In this document: piece by piece, positions 9,411 through 19,042 of the stretch
Numbering within the stretch: position 1 is the stretch's first letter
Layout: every line of letters starts with the position of its first letter
Source: a virus
Virus record (IMG/VR): IMGVR_UViG_3300042934_001053
Coordinates: 1 to 49,415 of that record
Direction: 5' to 3' (one strand)
Length of the DNA stretch: 49,415 nucleotides
Program-made: the position numbers and the translations under genes
The notes under the pieces: model-generated
What the model was told of the DNA's origin: nothing
What the model saw: only the letters and a program-made list of their open reading frames with translations
Database searches by the model: none

Positions 9411-9790
9411 ATTTCTTCAACGCTATTTCCATATCCAGCAAATTCTATTATTTTCTTTGATAGTTCTCCTATCTCTCCTGGATCAAATATTTCATCCAGT
9501 ATATCATAGCCTTCAACTCCATACGCTTCCTGAAGAGCTTTATCTTTGAAGTTTGGCTCTAATACACTTTCGTAAATAATATATTTATCAGCTTCATGAT
9601 TATCTCCCATATCGTAACTATCTGAGATAAGCGTGTGACCTGGTTTACTGATTAAAACACTTCCATTTAAACTTTTAACCTTGAGCTCCTTTGTTTCAGA
9701 CTTTTTCTTTTTTATTTCTTCAGCTTTTTTTATAAGCTCTGCAATATCTAATCTTTTGTTCAACATTGTACTTTTTTCTTTCTTACTCAT
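9401..9790 (-). CDS. Tail assembly chaperone (XkdN-like), zero-frame product
   Basis: 129 aa, acidic, located between the tube and tape measure genes. It ends in a slippery heptamer. Confidence 0.7.
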   Translation of the reverse strand: MSKKEKSTMLNKRLDIAELIKKAEEIKKKKSETKELKVKSLNGSVLISKPGHTLISDSYDMGDNHEADKYIIYESVLEPNFKDKALQEAYGVEGYDILDEIFDPGEIGELSKKIIEFAGYGNSVEEIKN

Positions 9791-9805
9791 TTAATACCCT
9801 TCTTT

Positions 9806-10249
9806 CTACATTACTTCTATTGTGTCAAGGAAACTTGCATCTGATGGAGTAAAGCCACCTTTAAATTCTTCCTCCATTGGCTTTCCTTTTTCAAACTGCA
9901 GCAGTGTAATATCATCAAACCATACATTCCCTATACTTACTCTTTCAGATTGCTTTCCGACTGCATCTGGATCATCAACTTTACCTACTAAAGTACTTCT
10001 AGGATCTTCACCTTTTTTCCAGGCTTCAAGAAGTTTCTTTTTACCTCTAGTATAAAACTTCTTAACTTTGAAGTTTAATTCACCTTTTAAACCTACGAGT
10101 TTACTGTCCTCATCCATGTCTACTTGAACAGATTCTCTATTAGCTGTTACTTTTGCTTCAAAGTCACTTAATTCTGCAATAAGTTCACCATCCCACCAAA
10201 TCTTTCCGTATGTACCTGATACTTGGTTTTTGCCTCGTAATTTCGCCAT
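9806..10249 (-). CDS. Tail tube protein (XkdM-like)
   Basis: 147 aa. MAKLRGKNQVSGTYGKIWWDGELIAELSDFEAKV... resembles the XkdM/DUF2001 core tail protein. It follows the sheath gene. Confidence 0.75.
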   Translation of the reverse strand: MAKLRGKNQVSGTYGKIWWDGELIAELSDFEAKVTANRESVQVDMDEDSKLVGLKGELNFKVKKFYTRGKKKLLEAWKKGEDPRSTLVGKVDDPDAVGKQSERVSIGNVWFDDITLLQFEKGKPMEEEFKGGFTPSDASFLDTIEVM

Positions 10250-10262
10250 ATTCGCTTACCTC

Positions 10263-11327
10263 CTATACTATTTGCATTGAGAAGTCTAAATCTTCCATTG
10301 CATCCAGTGGACTTCCGCTTGCCTTTATAAAGGTCTTTGAGCCTGTGTTATATTTTCTTATTTGTGCATCTGACAGATTAGCTACATTAACACCTATTGA
10401 TTGAAGATATAATCTTTGAGCATCTGTGCTAACATCAGCTACAGCATCAAAATCAGGATCTAAGACTTCTTCCTTTTGCAAAGCCTTAAAATAACCATTG
10501 ACTGAAGATACAAAGAGCATTTTATTATCATAAAAATTATTGACTTTGCCTGTATACTCATCTTCCCAGACTTGTCTTATATCGTCACGCATCTGATCTA
10601 TTGCTTCAATTATCTTTATCTTTTTAAACTTTGCACTCTTAGTAGGTGATGTCGTAGTTAAACTATTTACCCCTCTACCAATTTTGATGTGCTCTCCATC
10701 ATTTATAAGAATAAGCTTACCCGCATTAATATCTTCATCAGGTGTAGTAGATTCTTTGATAGATGTTACTTCATCTAAAATATAATAGGTTGCAGATCTA
10801 GTGAATGGTAATCCTGCTAATATTCCAGCAAATCTTGCACAGTATTCTGCAGTGGTATAGGGTGTGCTGCCGACTTTAACATCCTCGGTATCAGAGTTTA
10901 TGATACCTTCATCATCAGCAACGCATTTAGGTAATACAACCTTATAACTCTTTTTATAAGTAGTTCTTTGAGTTTTAATCCATGAAGCCATATCATCTAC
11001 TTCGTCAGCATCTATTTCAGGAATAGCAAGATAGTTCCATTTCTTATTTTTAAGCCTTCCAAGAGCTGCATTGTAGTCTGCTGCATCAGCTGCTATTCTT
11101 TCAACAATTACCTTAGATGGAGTTCCTTTAAAAGCTTTAGATATATAATCTCTGTTCTTAGCAGTCCAATCTTCAGTTTTAACCTCATCGATACCTGTGT
11201 AAATCTTGGTATCAAAGGTTGTGACAGTGCTATCTTTCAGGATTAAAGCAACAATTCCCCTGGCACTTCTTTGTATAGCACTAACCGCCAGGGTTTCAAA
11301 TTTAATATTAATTTCAGGTAATCCCAT
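10263..11327 (-). CDS. Contractile tail sheath protein (XkdK-like)
   Basis: 354 aa. The N-terminus LPEINIKFETLAVSAIQRSARGIVALILKD is typical of XkdK-type sheaths. Confidence 0.8.
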   Translation of the reverse strand: MGLPEINIKFETLAVSAIQRSARGIVALILKDSTVTTFDTKIYTGIDEVKTEDWTAKNRDYISKAFKGTPSKVIVERIAADAADYNAALGRLKNKKWNYLAIPEIDADEVDDMASWIKTQRTTYKKSYKVVLPKCVADDEGIINSDTEDVKVGSTPYTTAEYCARFAGILAGLPFTRSATYYILDEVTSIKESTTPDEDINAGKLILINDGEHIKIGRGVNSLTTTSPTKSAKFKKIKIIEAIDQMRDDIRQVWEDEYTGKVNNFYDNKMLFVSSVNGYFKALQKEEVLDPDFDAVADVSTDAQRLYLQSIGVNVANLSDAQIRKYNTGSKTFIKASGSPLDAMEDLDFSMQIV

Positions 11328-11329
11328 TT

Positions 11330-11809
11330 TTACTTTACCTCGCTTTCATAAATTTCTAATTCTTCCATAAGTCTTACTGTATCTTCGTCATAGCCAAGGC
11401 TTTCATCTAACTCTTCTACATACTCACCATTAACCTCTATCAGCTCTGGTCCATCTGTGAAGTTTAAATCAAATTTATACTGCAGCACATTATCCTGGAT
11501 GAGAAATCTTTTCTCTTTAACTTCAAGAATCCTATCACCAACACTAAGTATCTTAAGTATCTTTCTTAGGTTGTCTGCCATTTCAAGATTCGCTGATTCA
11601 GTCATTTCTTTTGAAAAGTAGTGAATATTAATGATTAGCAGCATTTCACCATATTCATTAAAGTCATTTTCTGATATAGGAATTAACTGAACAAAAAAAG
11701 CAGGCTTTGGAAACCCACTTCTTACATCTGTTGATGGCCTATTAATATCAGGAAACTTTTGTTTTAATTTCAGCAACACAGCTGCTTTTATATCTGAATA
11801 TCGTATCAT
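11330..11809 (-). CDS. Tail completion/terminator-type neck protein
   Basis: 159 aa. The call is based on position, between the HK97 gp10-like gene and the sheath gene. Confidence 0.4.
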   Translation of the reverse strand: MIRYSDIKAAVLLKLKQKFPDINRPSTDVRSGFPKPAFFVQLIPISENDFNEYGEMLLIINIHYFSKEMTESANLEMADNLRKILKILSVGDRILEVKEKRFLIQDNVLQYKFDLNFTDGPELIEVNGEYVEELDESLGYDEDTVRLMEELEIYESEVK

Positions 11810-12231
11810 AGTTTCAACTCCACTAATGCTTTATTAATAAATTTATTTAATTCATTATCAAACTCAGCATTTTTCTTGGTTACTGCCTTTTCTAGCATGT
11901 GAACCCCCTCTTGAAAGCCGTACTCTCCATGCTGATTTGAAATTATATGCCCACTTTCGATTAAATGGCTGTGAGGCTCATCATTTGTTATAGTTGATTC
12001 TATGAAATTAGCTGAAGCATTCTTCTTGCCCTTGGTGCTTGTTTTCCACCCCTTTTTAAGATTACCCTCATCCTCAGGAGTATCATTAACGGCTTGCTTT
12101 TTAACATCGTTAATCTGTTTGCGCATAAACTTCTTAGCCTCTTGAGGGTATTTATTTTCTATAACTCTTACAAGGTCTTTTTCAAATGAGCTGAGTCCTT
12201 TAAATTCATAATTACTCATTTTTATATACAC
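11806..12231 (-). CDS. HK97 gp10-family head-tail joining protein
   Basis: 141 aa. Size, position and N-terminal character fit the HK97-gp10-like family. Confidence 0.55.
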   Translation of the reverse strand: MYIKMSNYEFKGLSSFEKDLVRVIENKYPQEAKKFMRKQINDVKKQAVNDTPEDEGNLKKGWKTSTKGKKNASANFIESTITNDEPHSHLIESGHIISNQHGEYGFQEGVHMLEKAVTKKNAEFDNELNKFINKALVELKL

Positions 12232-12553
12232 CTTCCTCCTGAAGAGTACAAAACAAGTGAAGCTCTCTGTTTAATTCCTTATAGTTAACTACATGGTCTA
12301 TACTGAATATTTTTGTACCGTATTTGATTCTCAATGAATTATCAATGTCTTTAGTGAAACGAATAGTTATCTCATAGTTTAGACTTGTGGATTCTTTTCC
12401 GGCTTGGAGTTGCTTTCTTCCATTGCCTACACAATCGATTTTAGCCCATGCTTTTTTAAATAGTGTCCACTGCTTTTCTTGCTCATTATTAGGCTTATCA
12501 ACTAAAACTGACTTTTCAATTTCAATTCTGTGTCTTAATTCTCCTGGATTCAT
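12212..12553 (-). CDS. Head closure / head-tail adaptor protein (SPP1 gp16-like)
   Basis: 113 aa. It starts with the characteristic MNPGELRHRIEI motif. Confidence 0.7.
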   Translation of the reverse strand: MNPGELRHRIEIEKSVLVDKPNNEQEKQWTLFKKAWAKIDCVGNGRKQLQAGKESTSLNYEITIRFTKDIDNSLRIKYGTKIFSIDHVVNYKELNRELHLFCTLQEEGVYKNE

Positions 12554-12861
12554 GATACAGCACCACTTTCGCTTGAAATAACTGTCTTATATATCTCTAA
12601 TTGCTTACATAAACTAATTACAACAGGTGAAAGTTTTCCTGAACCGCTTCTGTTCTCGTATAAATCCGTTATTATTAATCTTTGAATAGTCCTATAGACT
12701 TCTATAGCATCACTTTTACCAGACAAGTCTTCAAACTTAACTCCGGTTGACTGCTTTATTATGAACCTACTTGACAGGATTAAAGATGATAAGATAGTAT
12801 CTTCATCTGTTCCATCTATTCTGAGCCATTCTTTAACCTTATTCAATTCCTCTTGGTCCAT
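12550..12861 (-). CDS. Head-tail connector (gp6-like) protein
   Basis: 103 aa. It is the first gene after the capsid gene, and LKEWLRIDGTDEDTIL resembles the Phage_connect_1 family. Confidence 0.6.
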   Translation of the reverse strand: MDQEELNKVKEWLRIDGTDEDTILSSLILSSRFIIKQSTGVKFEDLSGKSDAIEVYRTIQRLIITDLYENRSGSGKLSPVVISLCKQLEIYKTVISSESGAVS

Positions 12862-12934
12862 TATTTATCACCATCCTGAATAAAGGAAAAACAGGACTAA
12901 TGTTTAAATTAGTCCTGTTCTCTTGTAAATTTTA

Positions 12935-14221
12935 TTATACGCCTTTCTTAACTCTTATGAAGCCTTTGTACATAGCAACATTTCCGCCTGCCCAAACGCT
13001 TCCTCTATAAGCTATTTGACCAGTTCTGAACTTAAAGTCTCTGCTTTCCTCAACTGTAACTGGTGAGAATAAAGGCATTTCATAGCAGTGCATCATTCCA
13101 TAAGCCATGCAGTAAGTATCAGCTGCAGTAGTATCATCTGATAACGCTGCGCATGCACTATTGATTACAAATGGTACTTCAAAGCTTTCAGAAGATGATA
13201 TAGTTCCGGTGTTTCCGTTAAGAGTTATCTTATAGAGTTTTTCACCAGTTGTAGACCTAATAGCAGCAAATGCAGCTAAATCTTTCTTGTTAAGTATTAA
13301 GTATCCATTGCCCTCAACATCTTCGCTTCCACCGTAGCCAAGAACAATCTTATCCAGTGTATCAGCATCTATATCACTGATAACTAAATCAGATGCAACA
13401 GGAATTACATTTGCAGGAGCCTTGAATATACCTACTAGGGCATTTGCTCCACCTGGTCCAGCAAGAATTTGTTTAGACATCTTCTTTCTTAATGCTATGG
13501 TTATGTTCTTTCTTACTAATTCTTGGTAATTTATGTTGGGAAGCTTTGTAGCTTCATCTGACATTTCAGTATAAGCTGTTATTTTGGCTTTTGTTATTGG
13601 AACATAGTCAAATTCTGCATCAGTTTCATCGTATTCACCTGTTTCATCAGTGTAATCACCTTCGCCGTATGAAACAACAAATCCCTTCTCATAGCTTTCT
13701 CCGCCATTCAAAGGGACTGCATTAACAAGATCTACAGTTGAGGATACTTGATTGAAAGTATCATTTAAAGTACTGCTATATTTAGTTTCAACTACCAGCT
13801 TTCCAGTTCCAAGTGTAACAGCTCTTAACTCAGGAACTTCATCTAATTCAAAGGTTACAGCTCTCTTATTCTTTAAGTCTGCACCTCTTTTTTCAAGTGT
13901 CTGTTCCATTTCCTTTGCTCTTTTTTCTGTTTCAGCAGTTTGCTGAGTTCTGATTCCATATGTACCAAGTACATTTACAGCTGCACCAGGAAGACTTCTT
14001 GTTTCAGCAGCAGGATATGCTACCGGGTCCTCGGTTTCGTCAGGCATACCATCGATAACTGCTCTAAGTTCGGTTATCACTGAATTTAACCCATCCACTT
14101 CTTCACTTATGCTTCTTACTTCAGCAATATCATTACTTGCTTTACCCTTTGCCTTTAAAGAGTCTCTCTTTTCCTCTTTAGCTTTTAACATTTCTAATAA
14201 TTTCTTTTTCATAGTTTGCAC
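12935..14221 (-). CDS. Major capsid protein, HK97 family
   Basis: 428 aa with an N-terminal coiled-coil delta-like region followed by a capsid body. It follows the prohead protease gene. Confidence 0.8.
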   Translation of the reverse strand: MQTMKKKLLEMLKAKEEKRDSLKAKGKASNDIAEVRSISEEVDGLNSVITELRAVIDGMPDETEDPVAYPAAETRSLPGAAVNVLGTYGIRTQQTAETEKRAKEMEQTLEKRGADLKNKRAVTFELDEVPELRAVTLGTGKLVVETKYSSTLNDTFNQVSSTVDLVNAVPLNGGESYEKGFVVSYGEGDYTDETGEYDETDAEFDYVPITKAKITAYTEMSDEATKLPNINYQELVRKNITIALRKKMSKQILAGPGGANALVGIFKAPANVIPVASDLVISDIDADTLDKIVLGYGGSEDVEGNGYLILNKKDLAAFAAIRSTTGEKLYKITLNGNTGTISSSESFEVPFVINSACAALSDDTTAADTYCMAYGMMHCYEMPLFSPVTVEESRDFKFRTGQIAYRGSVWAGGNVAMYKGFIRVKKGV

Positions 14222-14233
14222 CTTAACCTTTCA

Positions 14234-14854
14234 TTAATAAAATTTTGATAGTTTGAATTTCTCAATTTCAAGTTGTTGATTGTCATTTGAATTGCCTTGC
14301 TTTGAGTCTCTATATTCCTTATAGGCATCTTCCATACTTCTTGTACTTGCAGTAGTGGACTCATAAGCTGGCCATGCTGTTAAGCTTATCTCAGGTAAAT
14401 TAGCCTTGATAACAGTTCTTATAACGTTGCTCTCATCTGCTTCATTCCAACTGTCTTCAGTAGCTCTGAATCCAACAGAAATATATTCCTTATTCCCTGT
14501 TCTAACATCTTCATGAGCATCATTACCTAGTGTAGTATTAGGAATTTCAAGACTGTACTTAAGTCCTATAGTATCTGACTTTAAAGTAAGAGTTCCTTTG
14601 TTAGATCTTCCTAAAACTTTACCTGTATCATGGTCTACTAGGAATTTTGTATCAAGACCGGAATTAAGGTAGTCATCAAAAGCACCTTCTTTAAACTGCT
14701 CTCTGAACTTGTAGTAATATCCTAGCGGTTGGGATAGCTGATTCCATTTCATTGCATAGCCTTCAATGTATTTTTTACCATCTTCAGCAACTCTGATTTC
14801 AAATCCACCCATGGCTCTATGTTCTATTTTTAATTCTCCTGGCACTGGTTTCAC
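14234..14854 (-). CDS. Prohead protease, HK97 family
   Basis: 206 aa, between the portal and capsid genes. The sequence character fits Peptidase_S78. Confidence 0.75.
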   Translation of the reverse strand: MKPVPGELKIEHRAMGGFEIRVAEDGKKYIEGYAMKWNQLSQPLGYYYKFREQFKEGAFDDYLNSGLDTKFLVDHDTGKVLGRSNKGTLTLKSDTIGLKYSLEIPNTTLGNDAHEDVRTGNKEYISVGFRATEDSWNEADESNVIRTVIKANLPEISLTAWPAYESTTASTRSMEDAYKEYRDSKQGNSNDNQQLEIEKFKLSKFY

Positions 14855-14868
14855 CTCCCTTCAATTAC

Positions 14869-16125
14869 CTAGTTTCCTTCTGGTGGTTTTTCTTCTTTTA
14901 TTCCAGCTTTTTTCATCTGGTAATCATTAATTAGATTAATATCAATGTAGTTTAACGACATTGTTCTTCGGCTGCCCCCTTCAACTGGCGGATAACCTAA
15001 TAAAGCTAGCTTTTGATTATCATTTAAAAGACCTTGCTCTCCTGCTGTTTTAAGCAATTCAAGTTTTGTCTTTGTACTTAGATACATCATATCTTTAGGA
15101 TAAAATACTATCTCATTTCCAAAATCAAGTTCCCTTTGAGAGAATATAGTCTTTGAAAATGCTTGTCCTAGAGCGATTATTATCGGTTCTAGTGTCTTTT
15201 CATAGAAAGCCTGATACTGTTCATCGGTGAAGTCGCCGTTAATCATTGCAACTGAAACACCATAGTTTCTGAGGATCTTATTTTCCAAAAACTCCAGAGT
15301 GACTTTATCAATCATTTTAGGATCTATCTCTAAGGGTATATACTCGCCTTTTAAATCAATTGGAAGTATCCCAGCATTTCCGGTTTCAATTGCTCTTTCA
15401 AACTTAGCACGTTCAGCCTTTTGGCCTTCGTCATCCATCATAGTTTGAATCTTTAATACACCCCTGATTAATAGACTTGATTTTATTGCTTTCTCTAAAC
15501 CCTGCAACAGCGTATTATTTATTTCTAATACTTTGAGCAGAGCTTCATTATCTGGCTGACCGTTCAATCCACCGCCCATAATGTCATTAACTGAATACTT
15601 CTTTCTCAAGTGAATTATGTCGTCATATGGAAGCGTGAAGTCATCACCATTGTTGAAATAAAATTTTACAAATAACTTATTGCTTTCATCTTGAAGAAAA
15701 TCTACTTGCGTTGGGTTTAGTGGGTAAAAAGCTTTGTATTCTTTAACTGTGATACCCTCATCATTTCTTTTTAACTCATACATTGGATAGATGAAGCAAT
15801 TTAAATTCATATAAAGAAGCCAAACTATCTTTTCAAGAAAATCTCTCGTTGTCATTAACGGATTTGGCGCAAATTTAAACAGCCTATTAAGGCTGCTCTT
15901 TACATGGACTTGCATATTTGAGCCATCTGACCGTATATGTTTTGGTTGAAGCTTACTGCATTCAGTTGCTATTGTGTCTATACATATTTGCACAACATCA
16001 GAAGCATATATATCTTGACCAAATTGACTAAATATTGGTGTGCCACCGTTGAGCATCGTTGCAAATCTCTTATTTGATGGATTTTTATTCTTAAATAAAC
16101 CTTTGAATATATCTTTGATTGGCAT
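14869..16125 (-). CDS. Portal protein, HK97 family
   Basis: 418 aa, immediately after the large terminase gene. Confidence 0.8.
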   Translation of the reverse strand: MPIKDIFKGLFKNKNPSNKRFATMLNGGTPIFSQFGQDIYASDVVQICIDTIATECSKLQPKHIRSDGSNMQVHVKSSLNRLFKFAPNPLMTTRDFLEKIVWLLYMNLNCFIYPMYELKRNDEGITVKEYKAFYPLNPTQVDFLQDESNKLFVKFYFNNGDDFTLPYDDIIHLRKKYSVNDIMGGGLNGQPDNEALLKVLEINNTLLQGLEKAIKSSLLIRGVLKIQTMMDDEGQKAERAKFERAIETGNAGILPIDLKGEYIPLEIDPKMIDKVTLEFLENKILRNYGVSVAMINGDFTDEQYQAFYEKTLEPIIIALGQAFSKTIFSQRELDFGNEIVFYPKDMMYLSTKTKLELLKTAGEQGLLNDNQKLALLGYPPVEGGSRRTMSLNYIDINLINDYQMKKAGIKEEKPPEGN

Positions 16126-16146
16126 TTTATCACCTCAGTTTTATTT

Positions 16147-17889
16147 TTAAGCAGCCCTTTTTATTAAATCTAAGAATGTTGGTCTATTGTCTATGTAAAT
16201 TCTGTAGCAGATTATCATAGTCACGGCTCCGTCGATTTTCTTATCATCCTGGCCTTGCACTTTGACAGGCATTATATCAAGCTTACTGTTGAGTACAAAT
16301 GCTGTATTTTCAAGACACCATTTATCTACTGGATTGTTGTTGTAGATAATTAATTTCTTTTGTAAATCTTTTTCTACAAGCTTCATAGGATCACTCATAG
16401 TTCCAAAATCTTGATTAATCCTTGTACAGTCAAAACCGTATCCTTCCATTTCCTTAACCCAATATACTGCAGACCATTTATCATAACCGGTATTAAACAC
16501 CCTGATATTGTAATTTTTATACAGTTTATAGAACCATGCAGAAACTAATCTAAAGTCATTTTCATTACCTGGACAAACTGTAATGTATCCTTCTTTTATC
16601 CATTGTTTAAACTTCTCTAAATCATCTTTAGGTAGACTTTCGAGTTTAGATTCAGGAATAAAATAGTGTTGATGAAAATACTTATGGTCATCTCCTGGTT
16701 TCATAAGCATAATTCGTGCGCTTGTTAAGTCACCGGTTTTAGAAAGGTCTGCTGCTCCTATAGCAAAGCAGTTTCTAAAATTTTCAAGATTAAAGGTTGC
16801 TTCGTTTTTAATATCATCAGCCATAAGCCAGGCTGCTGAGTTATTCTGCTTGATATTAAAGTCTTTGGACAGTACAAATACTTTCGTTGGCTTACTTGTC
16901 TTTGCTTCTTCAACCATCTGCCTAAGGAAGCTTCGCTTTTTTACAATTCCCAAAGATGGATTGGATTTATAATGACTATTTTCATCCTGCCACACTTCGT
17001 TTTCATTATCCTGAGTATAAAGCCATATTAACCAACGTGGTCTTTCAAGCTCTCCATTAAGTACCTGTCTAGCTTCTTTAAGTCTGCCATCTAAATAACC
17101 ATCATTGACAACTCCCTCAGTTGTAAGCTCAAAGTATAGTGGTTCTTCCTGAGTTGATAGAGCTTGTCTGATTGGCATTATTGAGGAATTATCTTTAAGC
17201 TCATGGACCTCGTCAACGGCACCAACGCCAATATTTCTTCCTTCCTTTGCTCCTGTCTTAGCTGATATTTTTTTAATAGTTCCTTTGTTGGCATAAGAAA
17301 ACTTGCCTGTTTTCTTTCGCTTCTTAGGATTTCCGAAAAACATTCCTTTGATAGTTTTCCTAGTTACCTTTTCTAGTGAGGGACTACCTTCTCTCATTGA
17401 ATTTATTGCACTGAACATTAGATCAGCTGATTCATAGTCATTACTAGAACAAAGTATCTTTAATCCCAATGGTCCACAGAACCATTCAGCGAGACAGATT
17501 GCTGAAATTAAAGGAGTTTTACCGTTTTTTCTAGCTACAAGAAATAGAATGTCTTGATAAAGTCTTACTAACCTGCCTATTTCCTCATCATAGATTTTGA
17601 AAGAGTATATAGCCTCAATAAAAGCCTTTTGATAAAGAAGTAGTATAAAAGGCTTTCCGGCAAATGGAGCTTCGCTATGTTTACATTTTTCTTCAATAAA
17701 TTTTATTCTTTTATGTGCAGATGAAAAGTCAATTGATATATCTGGATTGTCAAAGTGAGTTAAAAGGATATCTAACTGCTGCATCAATTCATGACCAATT
17801 ATTATTTCTCCACTTTTGCATTTGTGGATATACTCAAGGAGCCATGAATACTGACCGTTATAGGTGCAATCAATTATATTCGGATTCAT
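16147..17889 (-). CDS. Terminase large subunit (Terminase_1 type)
   Basis: 580 aa with a Walker A-like VARKNGKT, a Walker B-like VGAVDEVHE, and a C-terminal nuclease half. Confidence 0.85.
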   Translation of the reverse strand: MNPNIIDCTYNGQYSWLLEYIHKCKSGEIIIGHELMQQLDILLTHFDNPDISIDFSSAHKRIKFIEEKCKHSEAPFAGKPFILLLYQKAFIEAIYSFKIYDEEIGRLVRLYQDILFLVARKNGKTPLISAICLAEWFCGPLGLKILCSSNDYESADLMFSAINSMREGSPSLEKVTRKTIKGMFFGNPKKRKKTGKFSYANKGTIKKISAKTGAKEGRNIGVGAVDEVHELKDNSSIMPIRQALSTQEEPLYFELTTEGVVNDGYLDGRLKEARQVLNGELERPRWLIWLYTQDNENEVWQDENSHYKSNPSLGIVKKRSFLRQMVEEAKTSKPTKVFVLSKDFNIKQNNSAAWLMADDIKNEATFNLENFRNCFAIGAADLSKTGDLTSARIMLMKPGDDHKYFHQHYFIPESKLESLPKDDLEKFKQWIKEGYITVCPGNENDFRLVSAWFYKLYKNYNIRVFNTGYDKWSAVYWVKEMEGYGFDCTRINQDFGTMSDPMKLVEKDLQKKLIIYNNNPVDKWCLENTAFVLNSKLDIMPVKVQGQDDKKIDGAVTMIICYRIYIDNRPTFLDLIKRAA

Positions 17890-17893
17890 TTAA

Positions 17894-18223
17894 CTACTCC
17901 CCTTCATACTCGCTCATATCATCATCGTCAGATTCAACCTTTTGTAGAATGCTGTTAAGAGTTTTTATTATTACTGAGTAGCTATTAAGGTTTTGACGGT
18001 ACTCTTTAGCTGCAGGTACAGCCTTTTGCAATTCTTTGTTCTGAGGATGAACTTTTATAAAGCCAGTAGAATTTAGCAGCTCTCTTAGTACATAGTTTTT
18101 TGCAAATAAAAAAGCCGCATCTTGGATTAACCCCTCGACCAGCTTCCTTTTACCTTCTTCAACATCTTTAAATATTTCTCTTAACTTCTCAAATTCTGCC
18201 TTATATACCTGGCCTTTTGTCAT
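17894..18223 (-). CDS. Terminase small subunit, P27-family-like
   Basis: 109 aa with an acidic tail, directly upstream of the large terminase gene. The family assignment is from recall. Confidence 0.5.
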   Translation of the reverse strand: MTKGQVYKAEFEKLREIFKDVEEGKRKLVEGLIQDAAFLFAKNYVLRELLNSTGFIKVHPQNKELQKAVPAAKEYRQNLNSYSVIIKTLNSILQKVESDDDDMSEYEGE

Positions 18224-18258
18224 TTTTAAAAAATCCTCCGAAGAATTTCAAATTTTTA

Positions 18259-18332
18259 GCCATGCGTGTAATTTGTGTCCCCTCTACGGTCCTGCTGTAG
18301 GCGCCAAAAATCGTTAGATGGGGGGCTATGGC
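18259..18332. other. Candidate cos/packaging recognition region (GC-rich island)
   Basis: GCCATGCGTGTAATTTGTGTCCCCTCTACGGTCCTGCTGTAGGCGCCAAAAATCGTTAGATGGGGGGCTATGGC lies in the only gap between the HNH gene and the P27-like terS. It is much more GC-rich than its surroundings and has GCCAT...ATGGC at its ends. Confidence 0.35.
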
Positions 18333-18338
18333 TACTTA

Positions 18339-19037
18339 TCAATATCTATAGTCCTCAAACCACTTATTTATATACTTTGACCATTCAGCCTTTCTATATC
18401 TTCTCTCTAAGTCCATTTCAAGTCTTCTTAGGCACTCTTCCTGACTTATGTCACAGAAGATTATCTCTGCTCCTAGATCAGTAGCTATCTTCTCTCTTTT
18501 AAACTTATCAGCATACCCACCAATAATCCAAGCGTTATTCCATTTACCATACCTGGTCTTAATGTTATCAATCAAAAGATTATGAATTCCTATTACATTA
18601 CTGAATAAATTATCAGGCTTATCATAACCTGGAAGCATTGATACTGCAGCATATAGATTATCCATATCAACAACTAAATCCCCTCGCTGCATATTCTCTT
18701 TAACAAATGTATGCTTCCCACTTAGCGGAGCACCAAATATCAAATATACTTTATGCTCAGGCTTATAGCCAAACCGTTTATGTTCTTTATTGTGACAGTC
18801 AAAACATATAAGCTCTATATTTACTGGATTAAGACTAATGTTATAATCATGAACATTCTCCGGTATAAGCTCTATGATATGATGAAGAATACTATCTTTT
18901 GTATCAACTATTTCTTTGCCGCAATGTTCACATATTACTTTCTTATGAGTAGCTATGCGCTCATTAATTACTACCTGCCTGAATTTAATCCATTCTTCAC
19001 TAGCATAAAAGCTTTTTAATATTGCATACTTAGCCAA
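18339..19037 (-). CDS. HNH endonuclease fused to a P-loop kinase/NTPase-like domain
   Basis: The N-terminal half has CEHCGK...HHIIEL...CFDCHNKEH (an HNH/zinc motif). The C-terminal half has the Walker A sequence GAPLSGKHT. Confidence 0.75.
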   Translation of the reverse strand: MAKYAILKSFYASEEWIKFRQVVINERIATHKKVICEHCGKEIVDTKDSILHHIIELIPENVHDYNISLNPVNIELICFDCHNKEHKRFGYKPEHKVYLIFGAPLSGKHTFVKENMQRGDLVVDMDNLYAAVSMLPGYDKPDNLFSNVIGIHNLLIDNIKTRYGKWNNAWIIGGYADKFKREKIATDLGAEIIFCDISQEECLRRLEMDLERRYRKAEWSKYINKWFEDYRY

Positions 19038-19042
19038 TTACA

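Noticed and set aside
18275-18484. A 69-aa plus-strand ORF starting in the GC-rich gap.
   Set aside because: It overlaps the 3' end of the HNH gene in antisense and has no RBS. The GC-rich segment is better explained as a packaging (cos) site.
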